Shown: positions 26,887 through 44,150 of the stretch, in pieces
Layout: every line of letters begins with the position of its first letter
Numbering within the stretch: position 1 is the stretch's first letter
NCBI RefSeq assembly: GCF_964355755.1
Contig: NC_092671.1
Span: 62,001-126,000 of the forward strand
Source of the DNA: Antedon mediterranea
Lineage: Eukaryota; Animalia; Echinodermata
Direction: 5' to 3'
DNA length: 64,000 bases
Made by a program: the position numbers and the translations under genes
Notes under the pieces: generated by a model
Database searches by the model: none
What the model was told of the DNA's origin: nothing
The model's input: the letters and a program-made list of their open reading frames with translations, nothing else

Positions 26887-28478
26887 ACTATAATATCTCT
26901 CTGATTGGGTCATTGAGATATTATAGTGTATATCTCTCTTATTGGGGCATTGAGATATAGTGTACTATAATATCTCTCTTATTGGGTCATTGAGATATTA
27001 TAGTGTATATCTCTCTTATTGGGGCATTGAGATATTATAGTGTACTATAATATCTCTCTGATTGGGCATTGAGATATTATAGTGTATATCTCTCTGATTG
27101 GGGCATTGAGATATTATAGTGTACTATAATATCTCTCTTATTGGGGCATTGAGATATTATAGTGTATATCTCTCTTATTGGGCATTGAGATATTATAGTG
27201 TATATCTCTCTGACTTGGGCATTGAGATATTATAGTGTATATCTCTCTGATTGGGCATTGAGATATTATAGGGTACTATAATATCTCTCTGATTGGGGCA
27301 TTGGAATATTATAGTGTACTATAATATCTCTCTGATTGGGGCATTGAGATATTATAGTGTACTATAATATCTCTCTTATTGGGCATTGTGATATTAGGCC
27401 TATAGTGTACTATAATATCTCTGATTGGGGCATTGAGATATTATAGTGTACTATAATATCTCTCTGATTGGGCAAAATGTTAATATTACAGTATGTAAAA
27501 AACGGTGACATTTTTGTTGATGCAAACTTTCATTTTCAAAAATGTTCCAACATAATTGTATATATATAATAAATGGGGATTTCAATTTTATCTTATTTTT
27601 ACGTTTTTTTTTAACGTTGGTAATGTTTACGTTGAATCAACGTTGACATTTTTGCTGGTACACACTTTCATTTAAAACAACAGTTCTGACGTTATTTCAA
27701 CGTTTAGACATAAGTCACATAACGTTGAATTAACGTTAATTAAACCAGTTTTTATACACAGTATACTGTGTATAAAGAGGCAGGCATAGTCATCATTCTA
27801 AAATAGTGACCAAAATAATAATGCCATGTGCGGTCTACATTACACAATCATTTGGTCATAAACAATCAAGCTGGTGAAACAAAGGAAGACTAACAAAATA
27901 AATTGTGAGTTGACATACAAGAGAAATCGTATCCGGATATTCACCCCCTGGACATTTACCCCCCGGAAAACTACCCCCCGGACAACCACCACCTGGACCA
28001 CTGCCCCCTTAGGACAACTACCCCTTTAGGACAACTACCTCCCGGACAACTACCCCCTTAGGACAACTATCCCCTTAGGACAACTACCCCCTGGACAACT
28101 ACCCCCCGGACAATTACCCCCTAGGAACAATTACCCCCAGACAATTCCCCCCCCCCCCGGGTAATTACCCCGCGGACAACTACCTCTGACACAATACTCC
28201 CCGTAGGACAACTACTTCCTGGACCTGGACAATACTCCGAGGGCAAATAATCTTTTAGGACAACTACCTCCGTAGGACAACTAAACCCTGGACAACTACC
28301 ACCCAGTCAACTATCCAACAAATACCCCCCGGACGGCGGACAACTACCACCCAGACCATTCAACAACCCGGACTCTGCAACAGTGTATAATAGGAATTAA
28401 TAACCATATTTTAATTCGTTACTTTGACGAATTACTATTCATTATTGTAAACAAAAGTAAAAGATTGAACATAAATAT

Positions 28479-30572
28479 GTGAGGACAAACCCTGATGATG
28501 CTTACAATGCTTTTATCAACACTTTCAAAAAATTATATAATAAAAACTTTAAAAAAAAAGAAAAAGTTCAAGAAAATCACAAAAAGTATAAAAAGTTCAA
28601 ACAACCATGGATGAGCTCAAGACTCTTAAAGTCTAGCAAAAGAAAACATGTGTTGTACAACAAATTTATAAAACATCCCTCGTCTAAAAATAAGGATATT
28701 TATAAAGAGTTTAGTAAGTCATTTATGCGTACATGCAAAAAGGCAAAGAAATCATATTATGAAAATGTTTTTAACAATACTAAAGGAAATAAAAAAAAAA
28801 CATGGAATATTATAAATGATATTATAAATCCAGGTGGAGGCAAAAATAATGTTCCATCCACTTTTACATCTGGTGAAAAACTCATAGAGGGTTGTGAGCC
28901 TATTGCAAACCACATTAACGATTATTTTATTAATGCTGGTCTCAAGGTACGAGACAGTATTGAGCCATCAACGGCACAATACTCTGATTACCTGCTAAAC
29001 AGGCAAAGTAACTCTATGTTTTTCTACCATGTAAATGAGGAGGAAGTGTTAAAAGTGATTCAATCACTTGATGCAAACAAAACACCTGGTTTTGATGATA
29101 TTTCACCAAAGGTAGTCAAGGCAGTTGGTGATGCTATTGTAAAGCCCTTGATTTATATATTCAACGTATCTCTTCACTCCGGCTCAATACCGGAACAGAT
29201 AAAAATTGCAAAAGTAATTCCCATATACGAAAAAGGGTACCGTCATTTAGCCTCGAATTATCGCCCGATATCACTACTACCAATTTTCTCTAAAATCTTT
29301 GAAAAGATAGTCCATTCCAGATTGTATAATTACTTTAAAACTTACAATATACTAAATGATTGGCAATACGGCTTCCGAAACAATCATTCAACCTCCCACG
29401 CTATAATTGATCTGATCCACAAAATACTAAAGGCATTTGAAAACAAAGAGTTCGTAATTGCCACATTTATGGATTTGTCAAAGGCATTTGATATTATTGA
29501 CCACGGTATCTTACTGAACAAGCTATTCCACTATGGTATAAGAGGTGTTACACTAAAATGGTTCAGTAACTACTTAAAATTACGAAAGCAATATGTTTTT
29601 ATAAATGGTACTTCGTCTAATATTAAGGAGACTAGTATTGGTGTTCCACAAGGGTCCGTTTTGGGACCTTTGTTGTTTCTTGTATATGTAAACGATATAT
29701 GTAACTCAAGTACACAAATTGAATTAATTAGCTTTGCCGATGATACAACAGGATTCAAGTGTGGAAATAACCTGAACGCATTGGCAAACACTATGAATGT
29801 GGAACTAGATAGAATTAATATGTGGTTCAAAGCTAATAAACTTTTATTAAACACCAGCAAAACAAATTACGTAATCTTTAAAACTGCCCAAAGGCGTATT
29901 ATTACAACCAACATTGAATTGAAAATGAATAACATTACTTTAGAACAACAAAAAAATGTAACATTTCTTGGGGTTGTAATAAATGAGAACCTTTGCTGGA
30001 AAAATCATATAAGGCTTATTAGCAAAAAAACCGCTAGGTCTATTGGAATATTGATAAAAACTAGACATTTTTTTCCTAATTATATTTTAACAAATTTGTA
30101 TAATACATTAATTCTACCGCACCTTCAGTATGGAAACATTATTTGGGGCAGTACATATGATAGTACACTAGAATCCCTTCTTAAACTCCAGAAAAAGGCT
30201 GCTAGAATAATTTTATTTAAAAAGCCATGGCAACATTCTGAGCCACTGTTTAAGCAATTAAATATACTTAACATACAAGATATCAACAGAGTTACCGTCC
30301 TAGGTTTCATGGCCCAGATTAAAAGCAATGTTTTACCCAGACGAATCCAAATGATATTCAAAAGAAACGAAAATACTACCCATAATCTTCGAAATATTTG
30401 TAGCGTAAAACAACCATACTCTAGGTTAACGTCTGGTCAACATTTTATCAGTATTCACGGACCGAAACTATGGAACGAGCTCTGTAGAAATCACTTAGAT
30501 ATTGTTAACAAAAATAATAAAATACTAAAAAAATATGTAAAAAGAGACATTTTATCGAATTACAGAACTTAA
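28479..30572 (+). CDS. LINE ORF2 fragment: uninterrupted 697-aa reverse transcriptase region (endonuclease lost by 5' truncation)
   Basis: NYRPISLLPIFSKIFEK, QYGFR, FMDLSKAFD, GVPQGSVLGPLLFLVYVND, SFADDT, FLGV, LQKKAARII. Confidence 0.85.
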   Translation: MRTNPDDAYNAFINTFKKLYNKNFKKKEKVQENHKKYKKFKQPWMSSRLLKSSKRKHVLYNKFIKHPSSKNKDIYKEFSKSFMRTCKKAKKSYYENVFNNTKGNKKKTWNIINDIINPGGGKNNVPSTFTSGEKLIEGCEPIANHINDYFINAGLKVRDSIEPSTAQYSDYLLNRQSNSMFFYHVNEEEVLKVIQSLDANKTPGFDDISPKVVKAVGDAIVKPLIYIFNVSLHSGSIPEQIKIAKVIPIYEKGYRHLASNYRPISLLPIFSKIFEKIVHSRLYNYFKTYNILNDWQYGFRNNHSTSHAIIDLIHKILKAFENKEFVIATFMDLSKAFDIIDHGILLNKLFHYGIRGVTLKWFSNYLKLRKQYVFINGTSSNIKETSIGVPQGSVLGPLLFLVYVNDICNSSTQIELISFADDTTGFKCGNNLNALANTMNVELDRINMWFKANKLLLNTSKTNYVIFKTAQRRIITTNIELKMNNITLEQQKNVTFLGVVINENLCWKNHIRLISKKTARSIGILIKTRHFFPNYILTNLYNTLILPHLQYGNIIWGSTYDSTLESLLKLQKKAARIILFKKPWQHSEPLFKQLNILNIQDINRVTVLGFMAQIKSNVLPRRIQMIFKRNENTTHNLRNICSVKQPYSRLTSGQHFISIHGPKLWNELCRNHLDIVNKNNKILKKYVKRDILSNYRT

Positions 30573-30894
30573 AATGCTTCACTCATAAAATATAGATGCA
30601 TATATTATGCATTTGTGTTGGTGTGTGCGAGTATACACACATAGTACAAATAATCATGTTAAAAAAACAGTATCGCTTTTTGATGATGAACAACTCTAAA
30701 ATGTATATAGGAATGTTTTTTATTTATTTTGTATCTATTATGTTGTGTTTATTGTTTTATGTCTTTTATGTAAAAGGGTCCTGCGAAAACAGAAGTGTAA
30801 ACTTCTCTATGCAGGATCCTTGCCATCATTTATGCTATGAAACTGTATTTATAAACGATGAGTAAATAAATGTGAATTGAATTGAATTGAATTG
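28479..30894 (+). mobile_element. 5'-truncated L2-group (L2/Crack/Daphne-like) LINE
   Basis: RT ORF, 3' UTR stem-loop (AAGGGTCCTGC...GCAGGATCCTT, about 30774-30820), AATAAA and an (AATTG)n tail. Candidate TSD AAATAT at 28473-28478 and 30895-30900. Confidence 0.9.
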
Positions 30895-30963
30895 AAATAT
30901 AGCCTGGTATAAACTGAAGATTGTCACACATGATCATAGGATAGTCGAACGTATTATAGTACT

Positions 30964-31346
30964 CCCTGTATTTACTGTAAAGACTGGGTTCGCTAATAAT
31001 AATAATAATTTTTGCGTCAGGACAATGCTTCGATAACCACTGGTCTTACAAGAATTAATTTTTGTCTCAAATTTGTCATATATGTATTTTTGTACACTTG
31101 AAGAATAATATCACTTTTGATATTTGACCTCAATGTTCACTCACCGAATAAACGGCGATCTTTAAATAAATTTCCCTCAATAAACGGTGACCATGTCACT
31201 CCCATGAAACATCATATGGAATAATCGGCGTCTATTTCCATTAGATTATACCCCCTCCCATTGAATAAACAACTTTCTTCCAATAAATGTCCACCTAAAA
31301 CCACCTAAACAATAAACAGCCCAGGCCGTTTTTTCAATAAATACGG
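30964..31346. mobile_element. Possible degenerate Tc1/pogo-like MITE
   Basis: Right end CAATAAATACGG-TA with internal AATAAAC repeats; weak inverted match at the left (CCTGTATTTACTG). Confidence 0.3.
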
Positions 31347-31408
31347 TACTTTAAATCTAGCACATCTAGGGTCTAGCGTGCTGTTAAACAGAATAATCGG
31401 TTAAAAAC

Positions 31409-31777
31409 GGGTGTTTCGAAACTAGAGACCTGAGACCAGAGACCAGAGACCCGAGACCCAATACGAAAAGGGAGACCCACGTACGAAAAGGGAGACCCCA
31501 CTATACGAAAAAGGAGACCCCACTATACGAAAAAGGAGACCCCACTATACGAAAAGGGAGACCCTAATATACGAAAAGGGAGACCTAAATATACGAAAAG
31601 GGAGACCCAAATATACGAAAAGGAAGACCCAAATATACAAAATGGGAGACCCAAATATACGAAAAGGGAGACCCACTATAATAAAAGGAAACCCCACACG
31701 AAAAGAGAGACCACACTATACGAAAAGGGAGTCTCGTGTCAGGTCTCTGGTCTCGGGTCTCTAGTTTTGAAACACCC
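31409..31777. mobile_element. 369-bp MITE with a 9-bp TSD (MULE-like) and internal tandem repeats of about 22 bp
   Basis: TIR GGGTGTTTCGAAACTAGAGACC / GGTCTCTAGTTTTGAAACACCC; TSD GTTAAAAAC at 31400-31408 and 31778-31786; core of TATACGAAAAGGGAGACCC repeats. Confidence 0.88.
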
Positions 31778-32159
31778 GTTAAAAACAGATGATTTCATTT
31801 TTACAGAAACCGGTCATATATATTTGTCTACTTTTGGATTGGGGGGGGGGGGTGGGGAGGGGGTAGTTGAACCGGGGGTAGTTACCCGAGGGGTAGTTAT
31901 CCTAAGGGGGGTAGTTGTCCTAAGGGGGGTGGTTGTCCGGGGGGTAATTGTCCGGGGGGTTGTTATCCTAAGGGGGTAGTTGTCCTAAGGGGGTAGTTGT
32001 CCGGGGGGTAGTTGTCCGGGGGGTATTTGTCCTAAGGGGGTAGTTGTCCGGGTGGTAAACATCCGGGGGGTAACTGTCTAGGGGGTAGCTAGGTGTCCTA
32101 GAACCAAGAGAAATAAATATATAAAGAAACAAAGAATGACCAAAACTCCGAGTTAGTTT

Positions 32160-32320
32160 GGATTCAAGTTCAAGTTCAAGTTCAAATTTATTCACATAAT
32201 GCAAACATATACAAAATATAAAAGATACAAGTGGTTGGAAATTAAGTAAAAAATAGTTGCATTATGCCTGGAGAATACCATTTAAACCCCAAGGGGCTTT
32301 AAGCCTGGATCCACCAGAAA
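32160..32320 (-). mobile_element. Possible 3' tail fragment of an L2-group LINE/SINE
   Basis: (TTCAAG)n microsatellite followed by TTTATT (an AATAAA signal on the minus strand) and a hairpin-like segment. Confidence 0.35.
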
Positions 32321-32678
32321 GGATTCGTTGGTGGTAAGATAAAAAAAGGAAAGCTTATTTATTTATTTTTATTATTTATTTTATTTATTTATTAGTCATC
32401 ACTTTTTTTATCAAAATAAAACAATATAACAATTGAGCAAAATAATGAAAAGAAACTTGTGTGTGTGCGCACTCAAGCGGCAGGAGGCCAAACAGTCTGC
32501 TGCTGCTGCTCATGCGCTTTGTGTGACACCGGTTTTTAAAGCGTTCTTCTCGTTTTTGTTTTTTGTGTGTGGCTGCTGGAAAGCTTTTGTTTGTTTTATT
32601 TTTTGAAGCCTTAAACAATAACATAGGTGTAGGAATACGGGTGTGGGACACTACTTGATACACATTTATTGAAGTACT

Positions 32679-38223
<5,545 letters not shown>

Positions 38224-40831
38224 AAAAGCACACAATGCTTCAGACACCACTTTCTTAATATTTCTTATTTAAACAAAAATTAATTATCATGTTAGATAGA
38301 AAAGTGATTCTTCTTACCCTTTTTGTCCACATCCATTTTACTACTAATATTCCTATTTAAATTGTCACAATTTATGCTATTCAGTGTTATCGATTTAAAT
38401 GAAACATTATCTGCCTAGTTTAAAACATACTGAAAAACTGTGAATTAAAATAACAAGTAAAACCTGATTCCTCCACTTTCAAATTTATGTCGCACTAGAA
38501 TGTTGTTTAAATTGAAACTGTAATATTTGTTTTTATTTATTATATTATCACAGTTGAGAGTATGTCATTATAAACTATACCTAGCAACGTTTTGCATAAT
38601 AGTCACTATTAGTGATTCATTCCTTACAAGTAGCATTTTATTTGATTGACTTGTGTGACCAACAGTTTATTTTACAAATATTTGTGCTAAGGGTTCTTAA
38701 GATTAAAGCTAAGCAAAATTATTGGCATTTTCATCAAAATGTTTTACTAAATAAAATGTGTCCCTGCATACTCAGTGTCAATAGTAACATGTGATGTATT
38801 TAATACTTAACACTATTAGTATTATGTACTCAGAGGTGCACTCGATAGATAATTACATTATTTTTACCTGAGACAACAATTGTCTCAGCATACATTAGCA
38901 ATATACATGTCAACGATGGGTTATTAATTATAGACCACACTGAGTTTTGTACTTTAATCCGAAATACCTCGTTATGGTAATATTTGGCCGAAGTTAGTGT
39001 TAACATCTACGCATATCTCTATTTGAATATTAGGCTGTTGATGTTTGAATGTCATTGATCGTCATGCTTCATTGCCCACGACATGCATGATCAATGTATG
39101 ATATCACGCATTTATGATGTATCATTACATGGCCAGAGGAAGTAATTTTCGTTTCTCCCTTGAATAAATGATGTATTATCTTTTCTTTTTATTTACAAGC
39201 CATTCAAATTCATGCTGTTCGCTTCAAATTAATAATACATTCAAGTTTATGTGCTATATATTATAAGACACGTTGGACATTAAATATTGCTTCAGTACAT
39301 TTTATACATACCGATATTGCATTGATATTGATTTGATCGAAATGAAAACAAGGTATTCGGAAAGTGTTCTGTTACACCTCAATAAATTCAATAATTGTAA
39401 ATCTTATGACATTAATGGTTTTACTAGGTAAGGTCGCATGATAAAACACATGACAATGTGATAACATATAGGATTAGTGAGAATGTTTTAACGTCCGGTC
39501 GATTTTTAGTGCGTATGTAAGTTATTGAATAAGGTGGTTTGATAATTCTGCTCTACCACATCACGCTCATCTAGCAATTGTAAACAGTGTTTACGTCAGC
39601 AAAAATGAGAACGTCTGCGAAGGCAAAATCGTCCCAACACACAGTTTTGTATACTTGTAATATTGCTATATTATCAATTCAAAATGGATTTTAAATAGTT
39701 TGCCATAGTCTCAAACATGTAAATTCTTTATTGATCATCCTCCATAAAACACATTACGTATAGTCGTAAATATAAATGCAAATCTAAAATGAATACTGAT
39801 ACAAATCTCCCCCAGGAATTCGTTGAATTTGTTTTATTTGAATCCTGCAAAAATAAAAACAATTTGATTATCATTGAATCATGTGATTATTGTGTGTGTG
39901 TAAAAATCATTAATGCTAAAGGGATCTTGGTTTTAAAAAAAGGCCCTACTATTCGAGAGTGAGATAGCTCGTAGCCCAACTGTGTCATTTATTGAGAAAT
40001 TCGTATCTGATTTGATGGTGTGATGCTTTTATAGGCCTATTTTGTGATATGTTCAATAATTCTACTTTATATAGCGCCATCTCTCACTAGCAGCTTATTT
40101 TAATGCAAAAATATCGCCAACGTACAATGGTGATTTTTAACAACATTTTTGTACGTATTACGTAGTGGTGTTTCTTTGCAACAGAAGACCTTTCCAAACA
40201 AACCAATTCAGGTAAGTAGGCCTAAAAGCTGTTTTGCATCAACTGATTTATACTATTTAGGACACACACGAGTGGGTTGTGAAAGTGAGTAGATGCCACT
40301 GGTGTTCAGATAAAAAAGGGAATAATTACTGAAAAAACGTGACATATTTACAACTTGCGACCACCTGGGAAAAAAATAGAGAGAGAGAAAGATATTGACA
40401 TGGTTTGTTGCGATTTGGTTAGGGTACGGTTGTAAGTTTTATCAACCCGAACTATACATGGTTGGTTGTTTGGCACGTGTGTTAATAGTATTCCTAATTT
40501 CATACAGGCTTTTGGAAAGAGAATGCAAAAATAACTAGAATTATATCGTTTTACCAGCAGATAACATATCTTTATAACCTCATGGGTACACACACAAATT
40601 AATTATTTATAAATATCAATTTATAATGATGGGGTTAGGGGTAGAAATACAACAAAATTGTAATTGTAAGGAATATTTTACTACCTACGATGTTCCACCG
40701 AACTGATGGCACAAAGTGAAATAAGTCATCACAGCATATTCCTAGTGTCATTAATTTGAATGCCTTGAATATCGATCCCTCTAGGCTACTCAGGACTCAA
40801 ATCAATTGGAAACGATTTTAAACAACCCTAA

Positions 40832-40979
40832 GGCTCTGTCTACTATCAAACTAGTTTGACACAAAAGTGTGATGTGCCCAAATATGGTAGTGATATTCCC
40901 AAATATGGTAGTGATATGACATCATATGGGCATGTCACATTTTTTTTCATATAAAGTTTGACAGAATGTAGACAGAGCT
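40832..40979. mobile_element. MITE of about 150 bp (same family as 13534-13683)
   Basis: GGCTCTGTCTAC..TCAAACT / AGTTTGA..GTAGACAGAGCT inverted ends; shared internal repeats. Confidence 0.75.
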
Positions 40980-41404
40980 TTGCCAATTCTCACTGTTCGG
41001 ACCGATTTTGGCTCGTACGCGAAATTGTTATTATTCGAAGTCCAAAATTCCTAAGTATAACTTAACCTAACCCTAAATGTATAATGTTGGTGTTCTCCCT
41101 CGTGGCTTTTTTATATACATGGATGAGATGAACTTGTCTGTGAGTGCTTTTGATTTTAATTTATTAGGAAAATCATTATACAAAATACATACAACGTCAT
41201 GACATTAATTACTGACATCAAATACATACATTTATAAAAGATTTTCCAGGATAGCCCAAAAAGCAAATTAGCTTATTTCCACTGGGATCCCTAAATAACC
41301 GAAAACTAAAACTTAAGTATTAATTTGAATATAGGCCTATATGATTCAATGTTTTAGCTATTATATCCTGAAATCCTGTTTTATTATTAAAATAATTATT
41401 TTAC

Positions 41405-42300
41405 TTATCATCATCCTACTAATCTCCTGGCCTGTCACCCATGATGTTTGTTTGTTTGTTTTTTTGTTTGTTTTATCTTTATACTGGGTGACCTCTTCAG
41501 TCAAAGACTGATCTCCCAGAGGGCCCAGTTGGTGATCAGTGGCCGTGATGCACTAGTAGGCCTACACCGGGGTAACCCCCTACTCGTCCCGAAAGATGTA
41601 CTAGGTTCTTTAAAGTGCACACGAGCAAGTTGTGTACACTGGACCTACGGTTTATAGTCCTTATCCGAGAAGACTCGTTCTACCACCAGAACCATGGAGT
41701 GAGTGAGCCTCGAACCCCTGCCGATGTTATGGCTACGTGATTACGGTTCCACTGTCTTAACCGCTCGGCCACTCACTCACTCAATGATGAGCCATCACCT
41801 CCTAATCCTCAGTGATCTCCTCCTTGATGAGCCATCACCTACATAATCCACTAGCTGGTCTGTCCTTCATGATCAGTTATCACCTACCCAATCCCCAAAC
41901 TGGCCTGTCCTCCAGGATAAGCCATTACCTAACCTAATCCCCAGTGGCCTCCCCCTTAATGCGCCATCGCCTACATAATCCACTAGCTGGCCTGTCCTCC
42001 ATGATCAGTTATCTCCTACCTAATCCCCAAACTGGTCTGTCCTCCAGGATAAGCCATTACCTAACCTAATCCCCAGTGGCCTCCCCTTTAATGCGCCATC
42101 GCCTACATAATCCACTAGCTGGCCTGTCCTCCATGATCAGTTATCTCCTACCTAATCCCCAAACTGGTCTGTCCTCCAGGATAAGCCATCACTTAACCTA
42201 ATCCATTAGCTGACCTTTCCTCCATGATCAGTTATCCCCTACCTAATCCCCTAGCTGGCCTGTTCTCTATGATGAGCTATCGCCTACCTAATTCCCTGAC
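41405..42300. repeat. Degenerate minisatellite, about 41-bp unit, with three-unit higher-order duplication, interrupted by a SINE
   Basis: Repeating ATGATGAGCCATCACCTACCTAATCC..CTGGCCTGTCCTCC. Confidence 0.8.
41447..41778 (-). mobile_element. tRNA-derived SINE
   Basis: On the minus strand: A box TGGCCGAGCGG, B box GGTTCGAGGCTC, central core GTCTTCTCGGATAAGGACTATAAACCGTAGGTCC..GCACTTTAAAGAACC, 3' stem-loop and an (AAAC)n tail. ATGATG on both flanks. Confidence 0.85.
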
Positions 42301-43879
42301 ATATCCAGGTTATTAATAACATGAGTTATATGTAGTTAGGTCAATAGTTTATTTAAGTATTCAAGTATTATAATGATCATTATCAGATCTTTTGAATGTA
42401 TGCCAAGTATACAGCGATCAGTATACCTGAATATAATCAAAAGATACATATGACTTAAATTGAATTAATTTAGGCTTTGATTAAAATTGTATAAAATAAA
42501 GCACACATAATGCCCCTGACCTTCATTTTCTACGGCCGAGTACAAAGTTAAGTTTAAATGGTAAGAAATAGTCACATACACAGCAAAATCCGGATTCTCA
42601 TTATGAGAAAAAAAAATTGTTTCAAGCAAACATTTTAAATATGCATAATACACATTCTTAACTATAAAATGTAGACATTCTCAAAAACTCATAATATACA
42701 GTAAAATGACACGCATGACTAAAATAAACTATGTTATGAGGTTTTAGTACTTCATCTACACTATTACAGATTATATAGAAATGTTATGAGTCTTACTGAC
42801 TACAGGATGTCATAGTCATATTCAGTTTTATTTTCAGAAAATATGATAGACGTTGCAACGTTATGCGATTCATATTATTTCCTTTTGTATTTGTTTAAAA
42901 CCGATTTCTAAATCAGAAATAACGTGGTGCTGGTTTTCAATATTTTTAACTAAAAAAAGGAAGTAAATATTTTGATGAATAATAATACTATACCACGGAA
43001 TGTAAAATATCTCATTATTGAAACAAGTTAATTGATAAGATACAAAATTGTATTTAGTTAATAAGTTAATAAAAATGTACGGTACTGAAAGACAATAATA
43101 ATGTTAATGTACAAACCTATGTTGTAGTTTCGATCATTATCGAGTAGAAAGACCGGATTTCCTGAAATAGATTTAGTTTCAGAGTGTTTGAAAGTCTTTT
43201 TTGTCCCAATTAGTTTGTTTTGTTATCAAATGAAGATTCCTTAGATATTAATAACATGATGTAAAATCAAATACAAATTAAACCCATGAAATACATCAGG
43301 CGATTTCGAACCGGTTTTACACACATGAGTTACATCATACAACAATTAGGATGAACCTATGATGCTTACTGTTGTCTTGGAATGTGCGCAGCACACGAAT
43401 GGATTATTATTAACCATCTTGATTGTGAAATAACGTTCTATGTCATACTTTTGGGGCGCTGGAAATTAATACTATATTATCTCATCAATCACCACAGTAT
43501 AATTAAATGGATTTAGCCATCATAAGTGAGCTTGTGTCATTCGACTTTTCTACTCAAAAATCCGATATAGGCCACGACGGTAAATTATAGCGTTAAATGC
43601 ATCGTTCATTTACACTCGAATTCAGGTCCTCCATTCCACTCAGGAGTAGAAGTATAGGCTACTGCAGTACTAATAACATTTTCCTACTTTATCACAATAT
43701 ATGTAGGTCAGGGTATGATGTACGATTTTTTTACGATGATTGGTAGAAGAAAACTAATTCAAACTTATTTTTAAATGCGAACATGGAGTATATGCCCAAA
43801 TTATTCGGAAATAATGCTCACTAACCCTGATAGAAATGACAGTCAGATATAAGACCAGTGCAATGTCGGTCTTCCCTGG

Positions 43880-44150
43880 GTAGACCTCTGCCTCATGTGA
43901 CTTAGTGTCACAGTCATTATATTATGTTAGGCCCATTAGAGGTAGTTCGGTAGACCTCTGCCTCATGTCACTTAATGTCATAATATTATGTTAGGCCTAT
44001 TAGAGGTAGTTTGGTAGACCTCTGCCTCATGTGACTCAATATCATAATATTATGTTAGGCCTATTAGAGGTAGTTTGGTAGACCTCTGCCTCATGTGACT
44101 TTATGTCATAATATTATGTTAGGCCCGGTAGAGGTAGTTTAGTAGACCTG
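43880..44150. repeat. 64-bp tandem repeat, about 4 copies
   Basis: TAGACCTCTGCCTCATGT at 43881, 43951, 44015 and 44079. Confidence 0.9.

Larger units (their letters stand above)
22561..27474. repeat. Satellite of mixed 37- and 43-bp units, interrupted by a CR1 LINE at 24510-26886
   Basis: GATTGGGGCATTGAGATATTATAGTGTA(CTATAA)TATCTCTCT; roughly 50 units left and 15 right of the LINE. Confidence 0.97.
27928..32105. mobile_element. Foldback (Mutator/MULE-like) element with GC-rich tandem subterminal arms, hosting nested insertions
   Basis: Left arm 27928-28375 consists of GGACAACTACCCC repeats; right arm about 31850-32105 consists of GGGGTAGTTGTCC repeats. 9-bp TSD AAGAGAAAT at 27919-27927 and 32106-32114. 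Confidence 0.8.

Noticed and set aside
22561-27474. Repeats of about 37 bp with a hairpin next to a reverse transcriptase, resembling a CRISPR/RT or retron-like system
   Set aside because: There are no unique spacers and no cas genes. The RT is a standard CR1 ORF2 with a LINE tail, in a spliceosomal-intron genome.
41680-41778. tRNA gene
   Set aside because: The A/B boxes belong to a SINE head that continues into a SINE core and tail; no convincing cloverleaf.
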